Below are positions 37,396-46,822 of a DNA stretch of 64,000 nt, one piece after another. Under the pieces are notes generated by a model. The model did no database searches. It had not been told where the DNA came from and saw nothing but the letters and a program-made list of their open reading frames with translations. The translations under genes were made by a program, and so were the position numbers. Numbering within the stretch: position 1 is the stretch's first letter; the number at the start of each line of letters is the position of its first letter. This DNA is from an uncultured Gemmatimonadaceae bacterium (lineage in GTDB: Bacteria > Gemmatimonadota > Gemmatimonadetes > Gemmatimonadales > Gemmatimonadaceae), in assembly GCA_963740355.1 (NCBI GenBank), contig CAVUDW010000002.1, forward strand, positions 1-64,000, written 5' to 3'.

Positions 37396-38846
37396 GCGGC
37401 ACCACCAGCGAGCATCGCTCGGCCGACCGTTTCACGATCACCGCGCACTTCGCTCACGCGTCCTGCCGCGACCACCAAGACGCGATCGGCCAATGCCAAG
37501 ACTTCGTCTAGATCACTGGAATAGACGATGACCGCTGTGCCAGCATCGCGAGCCGTTCGCAGCGCATGGTGCACATCCGACGTGGCGCGGATGTCGAGGC
37601 CGCGGGTCGGGTTCTCGACGATCAACGCCGCTGGATCACCCGCCAGCTCCCGGCCCAGCACGAGTTTCTGTTGGTTGCCGCCTGAGAGCGTCCGCATCGG
37701 GACCGACTCGCTGGAGGCGCGCACGTCGCGCAGCTGCATCATGCTGGTGGTCGCAGCGCGCAAAGTGGGCCAGTCCATCAGGCCACGACGCTTGGCAGCT
37801 CCACGTAGCGCGACATTCTCCGTCAGCGTCGCGTCGAGTACGACCGCTTCACGATGGCGATCCTCCGGCACGAAACCGATCGCCGCTGGAATGGTCGCCG
37901 TCCCGCGTACGGGTTGCTGGCGGCCGGCAAGGATGCGCAGCAGTTCGCGCTGTCCGGCTCCTTCCACTGCGGCGATGCCAACCATCTCACCGGCATGAAT
38001 CGTCAACGACACGTCGAGCAGCCGCTCGATGCCATTGTCGTCATTCGCCGACACCTTCGTGAGTTCGAGCACGGCTGAGGTGTTCGGTCGTGCCTTCGCA
38101 AGGCGGGGCTTTGGCACTGTGCGCGCGGTGGAATCACCCAGCATCGCATCCGCCAGCGTCGTTTCCGTGACGTCGGCTGCGTTGGCCGTGAGCACCGTGC
38201 GACCCTTGCGGAGCACGGTGATGCGATCGGCCACGCTCAGCACTTCGCGCAGCTTGTGCGCAATCAGGATCACCGTGCCGCCACTGTCGGCAAAACGACG
38301 CGTCCACCCAAGTAGCTCTTCGGATTCACTGGGAGAGAGAACGGCGGTCGGTTCGTCGAGAATCAGGATGCTGGTGCGACGCGCCAGCGACTTGATGATC
38401 TCCAGCCGCTGCTGAGCACTGACAGCGAGGTCCGCCACGCGCGCCTCGACATCGATCGCGAGTCCGGACTCCTCGCTGATCCGCCGGATCAGTTGGCTCG
38501 TCTCGGCGAGGTCGAGGCGACCAGGCAAACCGAGCGCCACGTTTTCGGTCACCGTCATTGCTTCGACGAGTGCGAAGTGTTGCTGCACCATGCCGATGCC
38601 ACGCGCCATCGCATCCCGCGGGGAGCGGAAGCTCGTGCGCACACCGTCGATCGCGATGGACCCTGCATTCGGCTGCTCGAGGCCGAATGCGATCTTCATC
38701 AGCGTCGACTTCCCCGCCCCATTCTCACCGAGCAGCGCATGCACCTCGCCCGATGCTACGGCGAGTATGGCGTCGTCGAGGGCGATCACAGGACCGTACT
38801 GTCGCTTGATCGCCTCGAGCGTCAAGCGAGGCGCCGGCGTCGTCAC
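37392..38846 (-). CDS. ABC transporter ATP-binding protein (tandem domains, CUT2 type)
   Basis: GENGAGKST, LDEPTAVL, LSGGNQQK, PTRGLD. Confidence 0.94.
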   Translation of the reverse strand: MTTPAPRLTLEAIKRQYGPVIALDDAILAVASGEVHALLGENGAGKSTLMKIAFGLEQPNAGSIAIDGVRTSFRSPRDAMARGIGMVQQHFALVEAMTVTENVALGLPGRLDLAETSQLIRRISEESGLAIDVEARVADLAVSAQQRLEIIKSLARRTSILILDEPTAVLSPSESEELLGWTRRFADSGGTVILIAHKLREVLSVADRITVLRKGRTVLTANAADVTETTLADAMLGDSTARTVPKPRLAKARPNTSAVLELTKVSANDDNGIERLLDVSLTIHAGEMVGIAAVEGAGQRELLRILAGRQQPVRGTATIPAAIGFVPEDRHREAVVLDATLTENVALRGAAKRRGLMDWPTLRAATTSMMQLRDVRASSESVPMRTLSGGNQQKLVLGRELAGDPAALIVENPTRGLDIRATSDVHHALRTARDAGTAVIVYSSDLDEVLALADRVLVVAAGRVSEVRGDRETVGRAMLAGGAA

Positions 38847-39634
38847 AGGCCGGTCGGTGCCGGAAGGAAGAGCCAGGGCAGGTGCCAGCGCTCGCCGATC
38901 TCCTGCGCCAGTCGCGTCACACCCAACGTTTCGGTGGCGTAGTGGCCGCAGTACATCACCACCACGCCGGACTCCTCTGCGTCGACGGCGGTGTGATGCG
39001 GCCCCTCGCCGACGATCAGCGTGTCGGCACCGATGGACTCGGCCTCACGCATCGACTCGGATGACGCGCCGCCACCGGTGCAGATCGCAACGCGACGCGT
39101 GACGCGATCATGTGCGTGGGGCGTGATCACCGCGTGGTGTGCATGGCTGTGCGCGAATGCGCGCGCGCGTTCGGCGAGTGTCGCGGTCGGGATCGTGGTA
39201 TCGGCAACGACGCCGATGGGCGTGCCCTTGTACGGCAGCCAGGTGGATGTTGGTACGAGATCGAGTGCGCGTGCCAGCAGCACGTTGTTGCCGAGCGTTG
39301 CGTGTCGGTCGAGCGGCAGGTGCGAGCTGTAGACGGCGATGTCGTTGTCGAGCAGCAACTTCAGCTTGCGATGATGTGCGCCGCGGATTGGTTGGGCACC
39401 GGCCCAGAAGAGACCGTGATGCACGAGGAGCAGGTTTGCGCCGGCATCGACTGCCTGTTCCACGCTCCGCAGGGATGCATCGACTGCTGCGGCGACACGA
39501 CGCACTGGGCCCGCATGATCGACCTGGAGCCCATTCTGGGCGCCGGAGTAGTCGGGTGTGGTTGCGGTCTGGAGGACATCATCGAGCCAGCCGACGATGT
39601 CCGGGAGTGAGGCGGTCGCCATTGGTGCAGTCAC
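38843..39634 (-). CDS. Nif3-like dinuclear metal centre protein (YbgI/DUF34)
   Basis: NGLQV, VHHGLFW, HLPLD.H..GNN, GHYATE. Confidence 0.92.
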   Translation of the reverse strand: MTAPMATASLPDIVGWLDDVLQTATTPDYSGAQNGLQVDHAGPVRRVAAAVDASLRSVEQAVDAGANLLLVHHGLFWAGAQPIRGAHHRKLKLLLDNDIAVYSSHLPLDRHATLGNNVLLARALDLVPTSTWLPYKGTPIGVVADTTIPTATLAERARAFAHSHAHHAVITPHAHDRVTRRVAICTGGGASSESMREAESIGADTLIVGEGPHHTAVDAEESGVVVMYCGHYATETLGVTRLAQEIGERWHLPWLFLPAPTGL

Positions 39635-40677
39635 TTTGCCGGCGCAGCGGTCGGCGGTACGGGAGCGGAGAACGTACCGGCCACGAGTTGCTTCGTGACC
39701 GAATCGACCGCGGCCAGCGCCGACGCCGGGATGCTGTTGCGGAGCGCGGGGTTGAGCACCAGTCGAACGACGTCGGTCTTCATGCCGAGTGAGATGACTC
39801 GTGGCTTGAAGGTGCCCGCCTGGATCTCCTTTGCGACCAGCAGGAAGGCGTGCGGTAGATCGATGACGACGCTGCCGATGACGACTTCGGGTGCGACGTT
39901 GTTCTGGTCGCTATTCGCGCCAAATACTCGGACGTTCTTGGATTGCCGAGCCGCCTGGAAGATTCCCAGGCCGGCGGCGTCGGCGTTTTGGAAGATGACG
40001 TCAGCGCCGCGTCCGATCTGTGCGAGGGCCTGTTCCTTACCGGCGCTGGCGTCGTCCCAGTTGCCGATGTAGGAGGTGATGACCTTGACTGACGGGTTGA
40101 CCGACTTTGCGCCGGCTTCGTAGGCGTAGAAGCTGCGGCGGACCGGGGGGATTTCCTGGCCGCCGATGGCGCCGATGGTGCCGGTCTTGGTGGTGGCTCC
40201 GGCGATGATGCCGGCGAGGTAGGCACCGTCCTCGAACGCGAACTCCAGTCCGGCGATGTTGGGTCCCGTCTGGTTGCCTGAGGTCGTGACGTAGAACGTT
40301 TTCGGGAAATCCGGTCCGATGCGTTGTGCGGCGTCCTGGTATTCGAAGCCGTGGCCGATGACCAGCGAGTAGCCCTGTTCGCCGTAGAGGCGGAAGTTCT
40401 CGTCGAACTCAGCCGGTGTCTTCGTTTGGATGTGGCTGATCCGAGCACCGAGCGAGTCCTTGATCCGCTGGAGACCAGCGTAGGCGCCGCCGTTCCACGC
40501 CTGGTCCGAGATCGGGCCTGGGGTGAGGAGGGCGACGCTGAGGGCTGCCGGCTTGGCGGCGGCCGTGTCGGCTGATTTGGACCCGCTCGGTCCGCAGGCG
40601 GCGGCAAGGAACGCCATCGCGAGTGCCGAAAATGTGGAAAACCGGGTCAGAAACCCGGTTCCAGATGCGTAAGTCAT
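39631..40677 (-). CDS. BMP-family ABC substrate-binding lipoprotein
   Basis: LAAAC lipobox, D..WN..AY.G, AYLAG, GADVIF, G.NSDQ. Confidence 0.9.
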   Translation of the reverse strand: MTYASGTGFLTRFSTFSALAMAFLAAACGPSGSKSADTAAAKPAALSVALLTPGPISDQAWNGGAYAGLQRIKDSLGARISHIQTKTPAEFDENFRLYGEQGYSLVIGHGFEYQDAAQRIGPDFPKTFYVTTSGNQTGPNIAGLEFAFEDGAYLAGIIAGATTKTGTIGAIGGQEIPPVRRSFYAYEAGAKSVNPSVKVITSYIGNWDDASAGKEQALAQIGRGADVIFQNADAAGLGIFQAARQSKNVRVFGANSDQNNVAPEVVIGSVVIDLPHAFLLVAKEIQAGTFKPRVISLGMKTDVVRLVLNPALRNSIPASALAAVDSVTKQLVAGTFSAPVPPTAAPAK

Positions 40678-40754
40678 TGTGATATAATGAGTTACAGTGT
40701 TGTGTAGAACCTTGAGGTTCTCTACACGCGCGTTTTTGGAGCCAGCGTCGGCTA

Positions 40755-41681
40755 TTAGGACTCAGCGCCGAGTATCAGGTCGAGCACACGAGCCAGATCG
40801 TCGTTCGAGTAGAAGTGGATACGGAGTTCGCCCTTCGTGTTCTTGCCTTTGCTGAGGTGAACGCCGACGTCCGTCTGAAGGTGTCTGCGGAGCCGGTCTT
40901 CGATGCTGCGGGCTTCGGCTGAGGCGGGGGTTCGTGGCTTAGTGGCGGTCGATTTCGTGTTGTGTTTACTGCCTGGTGCCGCTTGTACGCGTCGTTCGAT
41001 GTCTCGGACGCTCAGTCCCTGGCTGGCCGCTTCTCGTGCGAGTTCGATCATCGCGCGTTCGTCACCCAATCCGAGGATCGCGCGCGCATGGCCGAGGCTG
41101 ATAGCGCCATCGCCGAGGAGTCGTCGGACGGCGGCCGGGAGCTGGAGGAGCCGGAGCAGGTTGGCGACCGTCGAGCGGTCCTTGCCGACCACTTCTCCGA
41201 CCTGGGTGTGTGAGAGCGCGAACTCGTCGACGAGGCGCTTGTAGCCTTCGGCTTCCTCGAGCGGGTTGAGATCGCTGCGTTGCAGGTTCTCGATCAGCGC
41301 GAGGGTGAGGAGCGTCTTGTCGTCGATCGATCGGACCACGGCCGGGATTTCGGTCCAACCGAGTGCGGTTGCGGCGCGGAAGCGTCGTTCGCCGGCGATC
41401 AGCTCGAAGCCTGTGCCGTTGGGTGCGGGGCGCAGCGTGATCGGCTGCAGCAGTCCGGACGCCTTGAGCGAGGCCTGGAGTTCGGAGAGTTCTTCGAGCT
41501 TGAACTCTTTCCGCGGCTGGTACGGGTTGGGTCGGATTTCGTTCAGTCGGACGTTTTGCAGTCCGGCGATCGGCGTCGTGTCGGCGGATGGCGCGTTGCC
41601 TGTGTTGCGCGGCTCCGGGGCTTTCATCGCGAGGAGCGCTTCGAGTCCGCGTCCGAGGCGTCGGGGTTGTTCGGGGGGCAT
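40755..41681 (-). CDS. parB: Chromosome partitioning protein ParB/Spo0J
   Basis: LGRGLEALL, PNPYQPRKEF, IAGERRFRA, ENLQRSDLNPLEEA, GKDRSTVANLLRL. Confidence 0.96.
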   Translation of the reverse strand: MPPEQPRRLGRGLEALLAMKAPEPRNTGNAPSADTTPIAGLQNVRLNEIRPNPYQPRKEFKLEELSELQASLKASGLLQPITLRPAPNGTGFELIAGERRFRAATALGWTEIPAVVRSIDDKTLLTLALIENLQRSDLNPLEEAEGYKRLVDEFALSHTQVGEVVGKDRSTVANLLRLLQLPAAVRRLLGDGAISLGHARAILGLGDERAMIELAREAASQGLSVRDIERRVQAAPGSKHNTKSTATKPRTPASAEARSIEDRLRRHLQTDVGVHLSKGKNTKGELRIHFYSNDDLARVLDLILGAES

Positions 41682-41743
41682 GGTCGGGATCCTTTGCGTC
41701 GTCGTGCTGGCGCGGTCTGGTGTTGTGAAGCGGTGATCGCGGG

Positions 41744-42556
41744 TCAGCGGTCGGCGCGACGGGCAGGTCCGGTGCTTTCTGGCTTGGCGGAGCGGTGTCG
41801 TGCGATCAGTTCCTTGGCGACGGCCATGTACGCTTGTGCGCCGACGGAGGCGAGGTCGTAGAGGATGATCGGTTTGCCGAATGATGGGGCTTCGGCCAGT
41901 CGGACGTTTCGCGGGATGACGCTTTCGAAGACTTTCGGGCCGAAGTATTCGCGGGCGTCGGTGGCGACCTGTCGGGAGAGGTTCAATCGGGCGTCGTACA
42001 TGGTGAGCAGGACGCCGTCGATTCCCAAGGCCGGGTTCACGTTCCGCTGGACCAGGTGGACCGTATTGAGGAGCTGGGACAGTCCTTCGAGGGCGTAGTA
42101 CTCGCACTGGACCGGGATGAGGAGCGCATCGGCGGCGGCGAGCATGTTGACCGTGATCAGTCCCAGCGACGGCGGGCAGTCGATGAGGATGTAGTCGTAT
42201 TCATCCCGGACCAGGGCGACGGCCTTCCGCATCATGCCTTCACGTTCTTCCCGGTCGACCAGTTCGACTTCGGCGCCGGCCAGGTCGGCGGTAGCGGCGA
42301 GGACGTCGAGGGTTGGGAACTGGACGTGTTTGTGTCGGGCGCTGGCGATGGAGCTTTCGCCGATGAGGACGTCGTAGGTCGTTTGTGTGACGTCGTCGCG
42401 CGAGATGCCGATGCCGGAGGTGGCGTTGCCTTGCGGGTCGCCGTCGATGAGCAGCGTGCGCTGTTCGGCGACCGCCAGGCTGGCGGCGAGGTTGACTGCG
42501 GTGGTGGTCTTGCCCACCCCGCCCTTCTGATTCGCGATCGCTATGACTCGAGCCAC
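41744..42556 (-). CDS. parA: ParA/Soj ATPase
   Basis: NQKGGVGKTTT, DPQGNAT, DCPPSLG, QCEYYALEG, PRNVRLAEAPSFG; GTG start 42556. Confidence 0.96.
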   Translation of the reverse strand: MARVIAIANQKGGVGKTTTAVNLAASLAVAEQRTLLIDGDPQGNATSGIGISRDDVTQTTYDVLIGESSIASARHKHVQFPTLDVLAATADLAGAEVELVDREEREGMMRKAVALVRDEYDYILIDCPPSLGLITVNMLAAADALLIPVQCEYYALEGLSQLLNTVHLVQRNVNPALGIDGVLLTMYDARLNLSRQVATDAREYFGPKVFESVIPRNVRLAEAPSFGKPIILYDLASVGAQAYMAVAKELIARHRSAKPESTGPARRADR

Positions 42557-42632
42557 TGGTAGGTGCGGCGAGGGAGGAGATTGACCTGCGCCGAATATAC
42601 TCGCCGGCAACAGGACGGGCGGTGCAAGCAGC

Positions 42633-42648
42633 AGTTTCACGTGAAACA
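42633..42648. other. parS: parS site
   Basis: aGTTTCACGTGAAACA, 15/16 match to the canonical palindrome. Confidence 0.9.
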
Positions 42649-42670
42649 CCCGCGCCGACCAGCTCGGTAC

Positions 42671-42686
42671 TGTTTCACGTGAAACA
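42671..42686. other. parS: parS site
   Basis: TGTTTCACGTGAAACA, perfect palindrome. Confidence 0.95.
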
Positions 42687-42935
42687 CCGCACATTGTCAA
42701 AAAGACGTAACTCGTTGTCGTGTAACGACTTACGCTGTCGCGTACTGGCGCTGGTGTGCTCAGAAACACACTCGCGATACGCACGCGCGCCCACAAAACG
42801 CTGGCCACGACTCACCCGCTCCTTGCCCGGTTCCACGCACACCCAGGACCGCGCAAAAGACGAGCCTCACGGGCTGCCACTTCCCTCCCTCCCCTCCCTC
42901 GCCAACTTCCCCTCTCCTTCACGCCCACACCGCCC

Positions 42936-43221
42936 ATGCCGCTCTCCCTGCCCGCAAACGGTCCCACCCTCGCCATTCGCCGCGACGCGTTCGAATCGGC
43001 CGGACTCTCGCGTGCCACCATCGATCGCGTCCTCAACCTCACCGACGAAGAATTCCGCGTCGAAGGCGCGCTCATCGCCATCGGGCCCCTGCCCGACCCC
43101 GATGATGTGCCAAACCTGATCGACCTCTTCGAAGAGGCCGGATTAGTGTACTTCGATGACTTTATGGAAATCCCCGGTGGATTTCCCGGACTGGCTCGAA
43201 CTGTTCGCCAAGCATCGCTGA
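42936..43221 (+). CDS. Small acidic hypothetical protein, possibly frameshifted near 43186
   Basis: MPLSLPANGPTLAIRRDAF..GLVYFDDF reads as real protein; the +1 frame continues PDWLELFAKHR-stop. Confidence 0.55.
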
Positions 43222-43292
43222 TGCCACCGCGCACTCGCGCGGCAAGCGACAACAGCGAACAGACACAGCGAAACGACACAGCGACCAGAAAC

Positions 43293-43607
43293 TCAGCGCT
43301 GTGGCGTCGGCGGCGTGTAGGGGGCGGGGTCGGACGACGCTGACTGCGTCGCGCTCTTTCGACGCGGCGCACGAGGGGGTGGCACGATGCGGTGCACGCC
43401 ATGCCACCCACATACGAGGCACCAGCTCGACCGGAAACTGGGCAGCAATCGCATGATGCGCGACGGTTCCACTCGCATCGTCTCAGCGTCGCACTGCGGA
43501 CACCGAATACCATCCGGCAGGATCCACAAAAACACAATCGTTGCGGCAATCCCGCGCAACACGAACAGCCCGCCGAAGACGAGGACGAATAGCGCCGCAT
43601 CGGACAT
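43293..43607 (-). CDS. Membrane-anchored Zn-ribbon hypothetical protein
   Basis: N-terminal TM, CPQC and CLVC pairs; GGAGGAG RBS. Confidence 0.7.
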   Translation of the reverse strand: MSDAALFVLVFGGLFVLRGIAATIVFLWILPDGIRCPQCDAETMRVEPSRIMRLLPSFRSSWCLVCGWHGVHRIVPPPRAPRRKSATQSASSDPAPYTPPTPQR

Positions 43608-43680
43608 CACGCACTCCTCCTCGCTCGGGGACGACCTCGCACGATGCGTACAGCGCTGACGACTCGACGCCGCACAGCGA

Positions 43681-44208
43681 TCAGAGTCGCGCTTCGACCA
43701 CCGACCACGCCTCGACAAAGGCGACATCGTCGTCGATGCGTTCCACAGCCACTTCGACACCGCGCCCAATGGCGACGCCGTCGAGACTGCGCGCCCGAAT
43801 CGGCCCACCGCGCGTGGACCCGTCCGGCAAACGCACCAGCCCTTCGCCGGCTGCAGGAATCGCCTCCACCACCATCGCCGGCGTCCCCTGCAGCTCGAAA
43901 CGCGGATCGAACTCATGGTCGGTCACCGGCATCGCCACCGCGCGCTTCACGAGCACCCGCGCGCTCACCACACCGACCACCAAGCCGGCCGCGGCCAGCA
44001 CGGCCGTCAACGTCGCTGACACGCCCTGATGGCGGAGCAGCGAACCAAGGAACCCCGCCAGCGTGAAGGCACCTGAGAGCATCGCCCATCGCGTGCGGAC
44101 TTCGATCACTCCGGCCGGCAGCGCCCGCTCGACGCCCACCACCATCACGCGGACGCTCAGCGCCAACCCGACAATGAACACCACGTTGTACACACTCAAT
44201 GCACCCAC
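43681..44208 (-). CDS. NfeD-like membrane protein (TM helices plus OB fold)
   Basis: Three hydrophobic segments, then G..A.VVEAIP..GEG.V ... ARS.DG.AI.RG.EV.VERIDD.VAFVE. Confidence 0.7.
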   Translation of the reverse strand: MGALSVYNVVFIVGLALSVRVMVVGVERALPAGVIEVRTRWAMLSGAFTLAGFLGSLLRHQGVSATLTAVLAAAGLVVGVVSARVLVKRAVAMPVTDHEFDPRFELQGTPAMVVEAIPAAGEGLVRLPDGSTRGGPIRARSLDGVAIGRGVEVAVERIDDDVAFVEAWSVVEARL

Positions 44209-44312
44209 GCGTCTACCTCGTTGACTGTTTCGACCCGCTGCTCACGAAAGCGCACGATGACACACGTTGAAACACGCTGAAACACGTTGACGAACGACGT
44301 GCCCCGCCTTTG

Positions 44313-45245
44313 CTACTTGCTCAGCGTCCGCTGGAAGAACTCCAGCGTCTTCGGCCACGCTGAACGCGTCGCAGAGAGATTCGCGCCGCCCTGTCCATCC
44401 TGCTGCCGCAGGAACCCATGCCCCGCACCCGCCAGGATGACGGGCTCATACGGCTTCTTGAGTGCCTTCATCGTGGAGTCCGCGCCAGGGATCGTTGCAT
44501 TCACCCGGGCGTCGTTCTCGCCATACAGGCCAAGGATGGGTGCGCGCACCTTGGTCAACTCCGTCAGCGCCGGGGCAGTGCCGTAGTACACCACCGCACC
44601 ACGCAGCTTCGGATGTGCGCTCACGGCTGTGTTGAACGATGTCGAACCACCCCAGCAGAAACCAACCACACCGAAGCGCTGCTGCGCCGCCGGCAACTTC
44701 ATCCCATACTCGGCCGCGACCGCGATGTCGCGCTGCACATCCGCCGGTGCGAGCGTGCGGATCAGCGCCGACGCCTGCGCCTGTGCGATGGTGTCGCCCG
44801 CTGGCAGCGTGTACTTCCCGGTCAACAGGTCCGGCGCGATCGCGATGTACCCATCCGCCGCCAGCTGGTCGGCCACACCACGAATCCACGTGCTCAGTCC
44901 GAAGATCTCGTGCAGCACCACCACCACGGGTGCCTTGTCGCGACGCTGCGGATACACGACCCAGGCGCGAAGTGAGTCGGTGCTGCCCGGCGCGCGCGGA
45001 ATCATCACGTATTCACCATGGCGCGGCGAGGCGGCGAGGCGTGCGGCCACGGTCAGCGATCCTGCCGGCAGTGTGGCGTCGTCGGGTTGTGCCGATGTGG
45101 CGCCGACGGCTGTCGACGCATCGTGCGCCATGTGATCATCATGCTCGCGACCCGCTTGCACATTGGCCGAGCCGCAGGCGGTGAGTCCGGCGAGCAGAAG
45201 GAGGGTTGCGGTACGGGACGCAGCGGTACGCATGGCGGTACGCAT
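44313..45245 (-). CDS. Dienelactone hydrolase family lipoprotein
   Basis: HEIFGL, GFCWGG, YYG, GENDAR, AGHGF; LTAC lipobox. Confidence 0.92.
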   Translation of the reverse strand: MRTAMRTAASRTATLLLLAGLTACGSANVQAGREHDDHMAHDASTAVGATSAQPDDATLPAGSLTVAARLAASPRHGEYVMIPRAPGSTDSLRAWVVYPQRRDKAPVVVVLHEIFGLSTWIRGVADQLAADGYIAIAPDLLTGKYTLPAGDTIAQAQASALIRTLAPADVQRDIAVAAEYGMKLPAAQQRFGVVGFCWGGSTSFNTAVSAHPKLRGAVVYYGTAPALTELTKVRAPILGLYGENDARVNATIPGADSTMKALKKPYEPVILAGAGHGFLRQQDGQGGANLSATRSAWPKTLEFFQRTLSK

Positions 45246-45329
45246 TGGTGATGATCCTGACGGAAGACGAGCGACGAGTGAACAGCGGCGGGGGTCGAAC
45301 GAGGTCGAGCTGCGATCGGCGTGAAACAC

Positions 45330-46343
45330 TCAGGGTGAGCTGTCACCCGTCTGCGGTGGGCCGACGAACTGTGCGAGAAAATCCGGTACTCGATCGGCGA
45401 TGTACGAACGTGAACGCATCGGAGTGGAGCCGGTGACGAAACCGACATGCCCACCGTGCGGGAAGAACTCGGTGCGCACCAGGGGATTCGCACTCGCGAG
45501 GTCACGCACTTCGTCCAGCACATCGGGTGGCAGAAACGGATCGTCGGCGGCGCTCAACAACAACAAGGGCAGTCGCGCACTGGGCACGAAGTGTTTGGCG
45601 CTGGAGCGCGTGTAGTAGTCTGCGGCACCTTCGAATCCGTGCAGCGGTCCGGTAATCAGGTCATCGAATTCCCACAGCGTCCGGATGCCGGCGATCACTC
45701 TCGGTGGCGGGAAGTGATCGGGGTACCGCGACGCTTTTTCGAGCGCCTTCACGCGCAATGAGCGCAAGAACCAGCGCTCGTACAAGCTGGACAGGCCCTG
45801 GCTGATGTGGCGCGAGCCACGCTCGAGATCGAATGGCACCGAAACGGCGGCGGCGGCGCGCAGCGTCGGCGGCAACGGCAGTCGTGCATCGCCCACCAGC
45901 TTGGTGAGCACATTCCCGCCCAACGACACGCCACAGGCGACCAGTGGCGCTTCCGGATACAACTCGGCCAGGCGATGCAGGAACCACGACGCGTCGTCTG
46001 TCTCGCCCGAGTGGTAGAAGCGCGCCGCGCGGTTGTTGGCGCCGCCACACGACCGCCAGAGCAGCATGTCAGCCGCCCAGCCTCGTTGTGCGACCGAACG
46101 AAAGAGCGAGGGCACGTAGTGCGATCGCTCGGTGCCCTCGAGTCCGTGAAACAGCACGAAGCGGGGTACATCCACGAGCTCGGGGTTGGCGCGGATGACG
46201 ATGACATCGTCCCCGTCCGGAGTCTGCCACGTCTCGCGGCTCGCCTCGACCGGCGCCTCCGGCATCACGAACTTTCCCCAGAGGGTCTGAAGGTGCGGAT
46301 TTCGTGCGAACCAGGGCGCGCGGAACATCGGTGTGCCTGTCAT
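45330..46343 (-). CDS. YheT-family alpha/beta hydrolase
   Basis: NPHLQT, HGLEG, FYHSGET.D, GVSLGG, DDPF, GGHVGF. Confidence 0.9.
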   Translation of the reverse strand: MTGTPMFRAPWFARNPHLQTLWGKFVMPEAPVEASRETWQTPDGDDVIVIRANPELVDVPRFVLFHGLEGTERSHYVPSLFRSVAQRGWAADMLLWRSCGGANNRAARFYHSGETDDASWFLHRLAELYPEAPLVACGVSLGGNVLTKLVGDARLPLPPTLRAAAAVSVPFDLERGSRHISQGLSSLYERWFLRSLRVKALEKASRYPDHFPPPRVIAGIRTLWEFDDLITGPLHGFEGAADYYTRSSAKHFVPSARLPLLLLSAADDPFLPPDVLDEVRDLASANPLVRTEFFPHGGHVGFVTGSTPMRSRSYIADRVPDFLAQFVGPPQTGDSSP

Positions 46344-46462
46344 CCGGATCTGGACGTCCTACATTGGGTCGGGGGGTGCGACTCGGTATCCCGTCACGCA
46401 AGATATCCGCTCTAAAGTCCAGGTCTGGGGTCCAGACCTCGATCGGTGGCGGTTGGAGATCG

Positions 46463-46822
46463 ATGCCTGTCCAGATATTCGGCACGCGGAAAAATGCGGC
46501 CACACGAAAAGCTGAACGCTTCTTCGCCGAACGTCGGATCCCAGTCCATTTCGTGGACCTGGCCGAACGTGGTGCCTCGAAGGGAGAGTTGCAGCGGTTC
46601 GCACAGAAGTTCGGCGTCGATGCACTGGTGGACCGTACCAGCCGACGATTTCTCGATCTCGGACTGGGACCCGCACGTTATGGTTCAGATCGGTGGCTGG
46701 AGATCCTGATGGACGAACCGCTGATCCTCGCGCAGCCGCTGGTACGCAATGCAAACAAGCTGACCATCGGCGGCGACAACGATGCCGAGTGGAAACTGTG
46801 GGTCACCGAGGGAATCAAGTAA
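46463..46822 (+). CDS. ArsC/Spx-like thioredoxin-fold protein
   Basis: VQIFGT..TRKAERFF.ER.I..HFVDL...S.GEL, PLVR; no Cys residues. Confidence 0.75.
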   Translation: MPVQIFGTRKNAATRKAERFFAERRIPVHFVDLAERGASKGELQRFAQKFGVDALVDRTSRRFLDLGLGPARYGSDRWLEILMDEPLILAQPLVRNANKLTIGGDNDAEWKLWVTEGIK

